Origin: Candidatus Brocadia sp. | GTDB taxonomy: Bacteria > Planctomycetota > Brocadiia > Brocadiales > Brocadiaceae | Length of the DNA stretch: 32,000 nucleotides | NCBI GenBank assembly: GCA_021650915.1 | Contig: CP091279.1 | Location: forward strand, 180,001 to 212,000 | Reading direction: 5' to 3' | Part shown: positions 1 through 7,835 of the stretch, one piece after another | Layout: each line of letters starts with the position of its first letter | Position numbering within the stretch: position 1 is the stretch's first letter | Made by a program: the position numbers and the translations under genes | The notes under the pieces: generated by a model | Told to the model about the DNA's origin: nothing | The model's input: only the letters and a program-made list of their open reading frames with translations | The model's database searches: none

Positions 1-379
1 AATTGCATAACACTATAGTACTACTGTATAAAAACTCCTTTTTTTGTAAGTTTTTTCACAAACCCCTTTTCAGGAGGTACCGTTTTTATGAATGAAAGAT
101 TGCTTCGCTTCACTCGCAATGACAACGTGCAGTGTGCCATCAAAGTGCATGGTCGCTGTCATTGCGGGGGGCCTTTTCCGAAGCAATCTCCCCGTTTTCA
201 TAAAGGAACTTTGGTTGCGGCTGTGCCGCGCTATGCTATAATCACGACATCCCTTCGGGATTACAGAATCACTATTTTGTTCGCTCGTAGTGATGATGAG
301 CGAAGGTACGCTGAATAGACACGAGAATTTTTCAAAAAACTAAATGATTACAACACTACGAAATTTTTAAGCTGCGGTT

Positions 380-406
380 GTAGAGCGACGAGGCTCGTCG
401 CCCTAC
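380..406. repeat. GTAG...CTAC palindromic repeat (copy A)
   Basis: GTAGAGCGACGAGGCTCGTCGCCCTAC; the reverse complement matches 3916-3942. Confidence 0.7.
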
Positions 407-581
407 AGATAAAAAGCCACCGAGAGTTTGATTGATGTATAGGAATTTCAATCTTCGTGGACGCACCTTTTCCCAATACGCCAGAACACAGGCGTACAAC
501 CTGTGACCATCGGCGCTGCCAAAGACCGTCTGATTAAATTCCGATTTTACGTTTCCTGGAGCACAGGATAACTATCTGCCT

Positions 582-863
582 TTATACCTCCTCTGCCGTA
601 TTTTTGGACTGGCTATGTAATTTTTTTGCATTCTTTCTTGCCCTCAGGTACCGTATTCCTATATACGTAGCGCCGCTTACAGAAAAGATGAGATAACTCA
701 TCGGTTCCGGCACAACGGGAGGTTTGCCTCCGGAGCCACCGCCATGACCGCCTCCGCCGCCACTATGCCTTTGCTGGGCATACGCTCCGCCATCAAGCAT
801 GGTAAACAGAAATACTATCAAAAATCCCAGAGCTAACCTTTTCTTCATCTTTTTCTTCCTCAT
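582..863 (-). CDS. Small exported Gly-rich protein with PEP-CTERM-like C-terminal anchor
   Basis: 93 aa ORF; N-terminal signal peptide (MRKKKMKKRLALGFLIVFLFTMLDGGAYAQ), Gly/His linker, then VVPEP-MSYLIFSVSGATYIGI-RYLRARKNAKK (PEP, hydrophobic segment, basic cluster). Confidence 0.6.
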   Translation of the reverse strand: MRKKKMKKRLALGFLIVFLFTMLDGGAYAQQRHSGGGGGHGGGSGGKPPVVPEPMSYLIFSVSGATYIGIRYLRARKNAKKLHSQSKNTAEEV

Positions 864-933
864 TCAGGATGTTTATTGAAATACCAGGTTTATTGTCATC
901 CGTTATAATAATTCCTATGGCCTTTAAGATCCT

Positions 934-1635
934 CTATTCAGGGAGGGGAAGAGGCACAACCTGGAATGTGCACCGGCTATTGCCGCGGCCGCCTCCGCTC
1001 GGTATGGACACCCTGGTACTTAACCGATAATACCCGTCAGTTAAAGGTGTATCGGCGCCCGAAGGATGCCACCATGCAAAATACCATTCATCCGGGTCTA
1101 ATGTCAGCAGATCGAAATTCCAGTTGGATCTGCTATGAAAACCCCAGTTATAACCAGCCTGATTGGCATCGTCTTTGTATAAACTCCATCGTATGCTTAC
1201 CCTTGTGGCCGCAGATACCTTAAAGGCTACATATAAGTATGCCTGGTCTGAATATACCCATGGCCAGTAAGCGTTTTGGAGTGGATCAGTGTTTGCCTGG
1301 AAACTTGTGTAGGCAGCGTATACATCAACCGGGTTGCCCGATCCCATGACGCTTGGCTCCATGACACTTTGCTCCGACTCCGCAGCGCTTTGTCTGGAGT
1401 TCATCAATCTCTTTAACTCCCGCCCCGCCTCGCCGCTGAACCTGACGCGGGCAAGCCCAAAATTCCCTTCGTCGTGAATCACCCTTATTGACATGCTCTT
1501 CTGAATCTCCCCCATTTCACCGGCGAAAGAGATTTGCCCCTGGACAAGGACGACTACGAGGGCTAGCGCGAGCCCACAGAACCCTTTCTTGAACGCGAAT
1601 TTAGTCATACAGTTCCTCCTTTCATTGAATGCCAA
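934..1635 (-). CDS. Exported hypothetical protein
   Basis: 233 aa ORF with signal-peptide-like segment (FCGLALALVVVLVQGQISFAG); co-directional with the upstream sugar transferase; no family recognised. Confidence 0.65.
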   Translation of the reverse strand: MAFNERRNCMTKFAFKKGFCGLALALVVVLVQGQISFAGEMGEIQKSMSIRVIHDEGNFGLARVRFSGEAGRELKRLMNSRQSAAESEQSVMEPSVMGSGNPVDVYAAYTSFQANTDPLQNAYWPWVYSDQAYLYVAFKVSAATRVSIRWSLYKDDANQAGYNWGFHSRSNWNFDLLTLDPDEWYFAWWHPSGADTPLTDGYYRLSTRVSIPSGGGRGNSRCTFQVVPLPLPE

Positions 1636-1825
1636 AAATGCCTATGCAAAACGACAAAACTCCTTGGTGATTATGTTAAACCGACAACCCTCCTTTCTCA
1701 TACCATTGATAACGTTATGCAGGGCGCGTCAGGCTTGCCCTGACTCTATCGAAGGCTGAAGCAGCCCACCTTCACCTCGTTCGCTAAGCACGCCTGTTTG
1801 CCCAATCTTCGCTATCTTTTTTCGA

Positions 1826-3283
1826 TCAGGAACCCTTTTCCATCTGAATATGCCAGTACATAAGACCCCGGAAAAGCGCGGGGAATATTTTGAATAATAT
1901 TTTGAGATCAAGAACCAATGACCAATTATCAATGTAATCAAGGTCCATTTGCATCCATTTCTGGAAATCGGGCTGAAATCTGTTGCTTACCTGCCATGTG
2001 CATACAATGCCGGGGCGAAAACTTAACCTTCGTCTCTGCCACCGCTCATATTTCTCCACTTCATCAGGGATCGGGGGGCGCGGCCCGATGAGGGACATGT
2101 CGCCTTTCAGGACATTAAATAATTGCGGCAGTTCGTCCAGGCTCATCATTCGCAGGATACGGCCTGCCGGGGTTACCCGCGGGTCATTTCTCGAATGGAA
2201 GACGGGGCCTTTGCTTTCATTCAAGTGCCTGATCTTATCAAGCATCTTGTCGGCATCCACGATCATGGTGCGAAATTTATAGAGCGTAAAGGGCTTTCCA
2301 TATAACCCGCAGCGTATCTGTCTGAAAAATACCGGGCCCGGCGAGGTTAGTTTAATCGCGACAACGGCCATCATAAAGACAGGAAGCGAAGAAACAAGGA
2401 CAATCAGGGACACCAAAATATCCACAAACCTCTTTATCAGCAGGTGAAACACATCGTAGGGCGTGGCATCAAGACTCAAAAGAGGAAAGCCGTGGAGTTG
2501 TTTAATTTTAGGCTTCGCCACAGAGGTATTAAAGAGGTCTATCGCAACCGTTGCTTTCACTCCAACCTTCTCGCAGGTATCTATATGAACTTCAAGACCG
2601 GCAAGCCACTTCCGCGGGAGGAGAAAGATCACCTCGCTTACCGCATGATTATCGAGAATGCTGGCCAGGTCTTTCAGTGCGCCGATCACCTCGTACTCTC
2701 CAACCTTCATACCGACCCGTTCTTCTTCATCAATAAAACCCATTATCCTGAAGCCCCACTGAGGATTTGTCTTGATGATATGGGCGAATCTTCTTGCCCT
2801 TTTTCCTGAGCCAGCGATGAGGAGTGTCCTGGAGTTATATCCTCTCCGTCTCATATGATGGAGCAGAGCAAGGATGAGACATTTCTCCGCAACAAGCGTA
2901 ACCAGGATGCATAAAGAAAAGGTGGTAATAAAGGTCCTTGATATCACTTCGAATTTTAAAAAAAAGGCGATGACTGAAAAGACTATTGAGGCAAGCAGTG
3001 AGCCTTCAAAAATGTTCCAGCAGGCGTCGATAAGCCGCTTCTCCCTCAAAGAACGGTACATTCCAGCATGAGAAAGCGATACAATCCATAAAGGCGCGAC
3101 AATAGTCAATAGCCATGCGCTCTCCTGCAAGGAGGGCAGTCTGTGCAGCCTTGCCAATTTTCCCGGAGCGAAATATGACAGAGAGTCTCTCAGGAGATAT
3201 GGCAGACAAAATGCAATACCTACAACAAGGCAATCAATGGCGATGACTATTCTTCGAAAAAGCTGATCGTGTTCGTAAATCAT
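1826..3283 (-). CDS. Exopolysaccharide biosynthesis polyprenyl glycosylphosphotransferase (bacterial sugar transferase)
   Basis: 485 aa; N-terminal TM helices, central CoA-binding-like domain (RTLLIAGSGKRARRFAHI), C-terminal KRFVDILVSLIVLVSSLPVFMMAVVAIKLTSPGPVFFRQIRCGLYGKPFTLYKFRTM...SLDELPQLFNVLKGDMSLIGPRPP, diagnostic of this family. Confidence 0.93.
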   Translation of the reverse strand: MIYEHDQLFRRIVIAIDCLVVGIAFCLPYLLRDSLSYFAPGKLARLHRLPSLQESAWLLTIVAPLWIVSLSHAGMYRSLREKRLIDACWNIFEGSLLASIVFSVIAFFLKFEVISRTFITTFSLCILVTLVAEKCLILALLHHMRRRGYNSRTLLIAGSGKRARRFAHIIKTNPQWGFRIMGFIDEEERVGMKVGEYEVIGALKDLASILDNHAVSEVIFLLPRKWLAGLEVHIDTCEKVGVKATVAIDLFNTSVAKPKIKQLHGFPLLSLDATPYDVFHLLIKRFVDILVSLIVLVSSLPVFMMAVVAIKLTSPGPVFFRQIRCGLYGKPFTLYKFRTMIVDADKMLDKIRHLNESKGPVFHSRNDPRVTPAGRILRMMSLDELPQLFNVLKGDMSLIGPRPPIPDEVEKYERWQRRRLSFRPGIVCTWQVSNRFQPDFQKWMQMDLDYIDNWSLVLDLKILFKIFPALFRGLMYWHIQMEKGS

Positions 3284-3535
3284 GTATTAATCGCAACGTG
3301 CATTTATGGAATTACACCGCAAAGGGTATTTTTTTGTAAGTATTTTATTAAAAATCACAAAACCCGAAGCGAGAAGTCGTTCGACTGAGCGCTCACGACG
3401 AAGTCCGAAATTTGAAACAATTTCAAAGTCACAAATTCAAATGCGCGCAACCGGGATTTACATTTTTTACCTCCCCCCTTGTCTGCCTGACTGCTGGATA
3501 TGGCGCTGAAATAAATACTTTCCAAAAACAGAGAC

Positions 3536-3582
3536 AGCCTTACCGCCTGGATATTCACTAAAACATCTTCGGCAGTAAGGCT
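3536..3582 (-). terminator. Terminator-like hairpin overlapping riboswitch copy 1
   Basis: Minus-strand AGCCTTACTGCC ... GGCGGTAAGGCT followed by a weak T tract (GTCTCTGTTTTTGG). Confidence 0.65.
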
Positions 3583-3680
3583 GTCTTTATACGGAGATGT
3601 GAGGCGCATTATCATACGCCCCGACAAAAGACCCTGTTACTTTGCGTCCCACGGTCACCCGTGGTTTGCCTTTATCGTGA
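3564..3680 (-). promoter_or_regulatory. c-di-GMP-I (GEMM-I) riboswitch, copy 1, leader of the sugar transferase
   Basis: Minus strand: AAAGGCAAACCACGG-GTGA-CCGTGGGACGCAAAGTAACAGGGTC ... AGCCTTACTGCCGAAG; CCACGG/CCGTGG stem capped by a GNRA loop. Confidence 0.85.
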
Positions 3681-3720
3681 TATATTTACCTTGTTAGGGT
3701 GCGTTATTTGTGCAAAATCA

Positions 3721-3877
3721 TGTAACAATTTAGTTTTTTGAAAAATTACCATAATACGATGTTGCCGCACGGTGTAGGGGCGAAGCATTTGCCATACATT
3801 GGCATAAAGGTATTCACACCCCAAGCAGGCAAATGCTTCGCCCCTACCTTTTCAAAAAACTAAAGTGTTACGAAATT
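3721..3877. repeat. Intergenic palindromic element with inverted ends, containing a GTAG...CTAC hairpin
   Basis: Left end TGTAACAATTTAGTTTTTTGAAAAA; right end TTTTCAAAAAACTAAAGTGTTACGAAA. Interior 3774-3847: GTAGGGGCGAAGCATTTGCC...GGCAAATGCTTCGCCCCTAC. Confidence 0.65.
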
Positions 3878-3915
3878 CCTATACATTTAATTAAGTCCTC
3901 GACATCTTTCCCGCG

Positions 3916-3942
3916 GTAAGGCGACGAGCCTCGTCGCTCTAC
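3916..3942. repeat. GTAG...CTAC-type palindromic repeat (copy C)
   Basis: GTAAGGCGACGAGCCTCGTCGCTCTAC, reverse complement of the 380-406 element. Confidence 0.7.
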
Positions 3943-4033
3943 AACCTCTGCCAAGCCAGTTAGTTGGTCATTCGGCAGCCTTTTGGTTGCAGTTTCTGCT
4001 CTGTCTGATGACCCTGTTAATCCTGCCTCTCTA

Positions 4034-4783
4034 TTATTTATGGGCATCCACAAATGACCGGATAATTTCCCTCTGATCGTGACTGACGTCTTTAAGGCGT
4101 ATTCCTGCATAGATCGATTCCTCTGCGGTAAACTCCCTGACACATGTCCCCCGTAAGGTCAATGACGTCGAATTACCATTGAGCCTGAACTGCAAATCGT
4201 AAATCTCCTGATCAATTATCCCCGGATAGCGGACAATTTCTTCCGTACCCTTCTTTCTGGCAACAATATGGCCCGCCAGGACTCCACCCTGGCTCAGGTT
4301 CAGGATATCTGCCCGGCCAAAGAGGGTTCTCCCATCCCTCCGGAATTTAAACTCCGAGGGAAAAGAGGTATTAACCCGGACATGATCTCTTTTTTTCAGG
4401 ACGGTATTGCCGGTTGCAGCCCTCTTTTCCATGATATCGCGTTCGAATGAGGACATGGCTTTCACCTGGTCCTTCTCATCTGACATGATCTGGAAGAGCG
4501 CCTCCTTTTTTGCCATCTCCAGGATACACTGTATCTCGGGCTTTACATTGATTAACCGAAGCTGTACCTCACGGGAGAGGATATTTTCCAACAACGCAAT
4601 CCCTACTCCATCGATCTTATGTGCGTGTTTAAGGTCGATGATGTGATAACATCTGCCCTCGTCCAGGCACTTGTACAGGTGGGATTGAATCTCTAATGCC
4701 CCATTGCCGATTAATCCACCGATGACCTCGATAATCTCTATCCTTGGATTACCTGCCGGAAGGATGTGGTTCGTATTCGGCAC
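4034..4783 (-). CDS. STAS-like domain fused to PilZ domain (putative c-di-GMP receptor)
   Basis: 249 aa; N-terminal STAS-like region (EIIEVIGGLIGNGALEIQSHL...HIIDLKHAHKIDGVGIALLENIL), C-terminal PilZ with RxxxR (RDHVR) and (D/N)xSxxG (NLSQGG). Confidence 0.75.
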   Translation of the reverse strand: MPNTNHILPAGNPRIEIIEVIGGLIGNGALEIQSHLYKCLDEGRCYHIIDLKHAHKIDGVGIALLENILSREVQLRLINVKPEIQCILEMAKKEALFQIMSDEKDQVKAMSSFERDIMEKRAATGNTVLKKRDHVRVNTSFPSEFKFRRDGRTLFGRADILNLSQGGVLAGHIVARKKGTEEIVRYPGIIDQEIYDLQFRLNGNSTSLTLRGTCVREFTAEESIYAGIRLKDVSHDQREIIRSFVDAHK

Positions 4784-4834
4784 ATTCCTGGTCTTTCTTA
4801 GCGAATAGCCATTGGAAAAATGTTCATAGAAAAA

Positions 4835-5106
4835 AAGTAACGATTTAGCTTTTTAAAAATTTCTCATATCTGTTCAGCGTACTTTCGCTCACAAACACTA
4901 CAAGTGGACAAAATGTGGATTCTGCAATCCCGAAGGGATGTCATGATGATAGAAAAGAGCATACCACCATATTTAACCCCGCAGGGGTGACATAGTACCG
5001 CTATGTTCTTGATATTTCACTCCTAAGGGGTTGAATATGGCGGTGCGTTTTTTCTATCATCATGACATCCCTTCGGGACTTTTCAAAAAGCTAAGGTGTT
5101 ACGAAA
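4835..5106. repeat. Second intergenic palindromic element with the same type of inverted ends
   Basis: Ends AAGTAACGATTTAGCTTTTTAAAAA and CTTTTCAAAAAGCTAAGGTGTTACG. Interior palindrome 4928-5078 begins with 29 nt paired exactly (TCCCGAAGGGATGTCATGATGATAGAAAA). Confidence 0.65.
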
Positions 5107-5496
5107 AAAATAGTCAAAAATTATTTTCAATACATACACAAAAATGAAACCAAAGGAGTATATTGCGTGAAAATAAATCATAAACAATGCGTAAAAGGGA
5201 GGTTGTAAATAATCTTCGGTGAGATATGAGGAAAGGTAGCATCGGTGACCCAGTGGAGAGGATGTAAATGTCCTTCTATGTGCAATTGTAGTACAGATGT
5301 CGATTGCGCATACAATATGTAGTAGAGAAAGTCTCTTCTGTACTTTTTCTCATCTGGTGAGATGCAAAATCTGATGTTACGTATCTAACAGGGCATCATC
5401 CTGAAACCAATAAAAACCCGTTGGTAAGTTGAGTTAAGTTCCGCAGCTACGTTAACTGTCAGGATGCTAACGGTGAAATGTGATTTTTCTAACGGT

Positions 5497-5754
5497 TTAA
5501 TCAACGGTTGGATTTGGCCGGAGATGGAATTCTGCTATCTTGTTATTCAGGCTTGAGCGGCTGATTCCGAGCTCTTTTGATGCATAGGTCTTGTTCCATC
5601 GTGCCCGTTTTAAGGCGTCGCAGACCATGTTTTTCTCAAGGGTACTGAGGGCATCGCTGAGTTTGGCTGGTTGTAGCATGGTTATGAGTCTGCAAACCGT
5701 TATACGCGTCCGCAAGGATTTCCTTGGGAATGTGTGTAATTTCAATAACCTCAC
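5497..5754 (-). pseudogene. Fis-type HTH domain in a different frame from its sigma54 regulator
   Basis: LSDALSTLEKNMVCDALKRARWNKTYASKELGISRSSLNNKIAEF is a typical C-terminal Fis HTH; it overlaps the premature end of ORF 5636-7048. Confidence 0.7.
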
Positions 5755-7048
5755 TGGCGCCGGACAAAAGGATTAAACGCTCCATCAGGTTTTTCAGCTC
5801 ACGCACATTGCCCGGCCAACGATAGACCAGCAATAGTTCCCTCACCTCCCGGCCTATTTCCTTCCTCGGTTCTTTACGAGCTATGGCATAATAGTCCAAA
5901 AAGTAATTGGCGAGGGGGAGAATGTCTTCCCGCCTTTCCCTGAGCGGAGGCAGTGTCAGGTGGATCGTATTAATCCTGTAAAAGAGATCTTTTCTGAAGA
6001 GACCTTGTTCAATCAATCCTTTTAGCGATCTATTTGTTGCAGCAATAATTCTGACTTTTGCCTTTTTCTGTTCTGTGCCTCCCACCCGGTAAAACGACCC
6101 GTCTTCCAATACCCGCAGGAGCTTTGCCTGGATTTCGATATTCATGTCGCCAATCTCATCCAGAAATAATGTCCCCTTATCCGCAACTTCAAATAAGCCT
6201 TTCTTATCAGAGACGGCGCCGGTAAAGGAGCCTTTTTCATGTCCAAATAATTCCGAATTAAGAAGGGTATCACTAAACGCAGAACAATTCTGAATAACAA
6301 ATGTTTTATCTTTGCACGGACTGTTATAATGTATGGCGGCCGCTATCAGTTCCTTTCCCGTTCCGCTTTCACCTTCGATTAAAACAGGGCTTTCACTCCG
6401 TTCAATGAGCTCTAAGGTATCAAACACCTGTCTGATTGCCGGACTGGCGCCGATGATTCTCCTATACTTTTCTTTATAATTGCCCTCCAGGAGAAAGAGG
6501 CGCTTCTTTGTCGTTTCATTCTTTTCCTGTAAGTATTCGTAAAAGGCTGCGACATCTTCAGCGACATGTTTGACAAAGTCGGATATATATTCCTTCTTGT
6601 GCTGGTCGATCGTTTTCATGTTCCGGTAGCACTGGTCCAGTTCCATGCTATCAAAACCGAGCTCCATGAGCGTTTCCCGATACCTCTTTTGAATGGGATC
6701 GTCGTCTTTTAATGATCGGATACCGGATCCGATCATGACGCCCACATATTTTTGTTGTACCGGAACTGGAACTGCAAAGCCCTGCAGGCCCGCAAAACAT
6801 TGGTAAAAAAACGGTGTTTGGCTTTTCCTGCATTTTTTCAGTTCCTTCTGATACGTCTGAGCGCAAAGTTTTATTCCTTTGGGTATGGAATGGATTACGC
6901 TGCAGACGGGGTTCTGGAAAAACGTACGATAGTTTTTACAGGCGTCATATTCGTCATAAAACTGTATGTCAATACCCCACCAGGCGTAACTGATTTTCCG
7001 GAACGTCCTGATGACATGTGATTCTGCGATTTTAATCCAATCAATCAT
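5636..7048 (-). CDS. PocR-domain sigma54-interacting AAA+ transcriptional regulator, C-terminus frameshifted
   Basis: N-terminal PocR-like sensory domain (Cys-rich, QCFAGLQGFAVPVPVQQKYVGVMIGSG); AAA+ motifs GESGTGKE, ELFGHEKGSFTGA, GTLFLDEIGDM, RWPGNVRELKN; the frame ends before the HTH. Confidence 0.85.
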   Translation of the reverse strand: MIDWIKIAESHVIRTFRKISYAWWGIDIQFYDEYDACKNYRTFFQNPVCSVIHSIPKGIKLCAQTYQKELKKCRKSQTPFFYQCFAGLQGFAVPVPVQQKYVGVMIGSGIRSLKDDDPIQKRYRETLMELGFDSMELDQCYRNMKTIDQHKKEYISDFVKHVAEDVAAFYEYLQEKNETTKKRLFLLEGNYKEKYRRIIGASPAIRQVFDTLELIERSESPVLIEGESGTGKELIAAAIHYNSPCKDKTFVIQNCSAFSDTLLNSELFGHEKGSFTGAVSDKKGLFEVADKGTLFLDEIGDMNIEIQAKLLRVLEDGSFYRVGGTEQKKAKVRIIAATNRSLKGLIEQGLFRKDLFYRINTIHLTLPPLRERREDILPLANYFLDYYAIARKEPRKEIGREVRELLLVYRWPGNVRELKNLMERLILLSGASEVIEITHIPKEILADAYNGLQTHNHATTSQTQRCPQYP

Positions 7049-7129
7049 TGTGTCTGTTTATGCGTTTCAGAGATTATGGAATCAAAAACAAAAAGTATTG
7101 AGGCACTTGGTTTTTGTTTGCGATCACAC

Positions 7130-7209
7130 GTAGGGACGAAGCATTTGCTGGCACGATATGTCTTATAAGTCCTATAGGTTATATAAGCCAGCAAATGCTT
7201 CGCCCCTAC
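7130..7209. repeat. GTAG...CTAC palindromic repeat (copy D)
   Basis: GTAGGGACGAAGCATTTGCTGGC ... GCCAGCAAATGCTTCGCCCCTAC; same core as 3774-3847. Confidence 0.7.
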
Positions 7210-7238
7210 AACAAACATTGAAATTCCGATACATAAAC

Positions 7239-7290
7239 AAAAAAGCCTTGCTGCACTGATATTTTTCAAAACATCTTCGGCAGCAAGGCT
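7239..7290 (-). terminator. Rho-independent terminator overlapping riboswitch copy 2
   Basis: Minus strand GCCTTGCTGC...GCAGCAAGGC followed by TTTTTTG. Confidence 0.85.
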
Positions 7291-7411
7291 ATCTTTCTCA
7301 ACTACTTCCCTAAATTATTCCAAAGAACTTTTCTGTTCCTTCCACACCTCCCTGTGTGATGAAAGACCCTTTTCTTTGCGTCCCCTGATCGCTCAGGGTT
7401 TGCCTTTATCA
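7273..7411 (-). promoter_or_regulatory. c-di-GMP-I (GEMM-I) riboswitch, copy 2, leader of the PocR-type regulator
   Basis: Minus strand AAAGGCAAACCCTGA-GCGA-TCAGGGGACGCAAAG...GGGTC...AGCCTTGCTGCCGAAG; GNRA-capped stem. Confidence 0.85.
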
Positions 7412-7835
7412 TCCTGTTTTATTAACTTTATACTGCGCCATGCTAAGCAATACGCTTTTGCTTGTCAAGTAAAAAAATAAAATACCATCGGTTCATAGAG
7501 ATGCCTGACAATGCACCGGACGTGCCCAACCGGTAACAAGCCGGGGTGTTGAGACGACCATTCATAATCGTATCGTACGGCCAACCGCTCACACATTCAG
7601 TCTCCCCGAATTTCATCGTGCAAAGACAACTTGCTTTCCACCGGATACATCATACCTTCTGCGTACTTTTTATCCTCCATCCGAACAATAATGTAACCGA
7701 TGGGAAAAGGCACACTTTTTTGTCACGGTCAATACTGACAAACATATCTGCAATCCATATTTTTCCCAATCCTTCCAGAGGTCTTCCTTTTTGCTCAGCA
7801 CCGCCCAGCCCACCGAAAAACGGGGCTTCCGCCTA

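Noticed and set aside
88-318. 76 aa plus-strand ORF
   Set aside because: Composition and phrases match dispersed intergenic repeat DNA; no domain, no convincing RBS.
3868-4143. 91 aa minus-strand ORF
   Set aside because: Overlaps the STAS-PilZ 3' end and a palindromic repeat; no recognisable protein features.
7045-7269. 74 aa minus-strand ORF
   Set aside because: Lies across the palindrome and riboswitch terminator; better explained as leader/repeat DNA.
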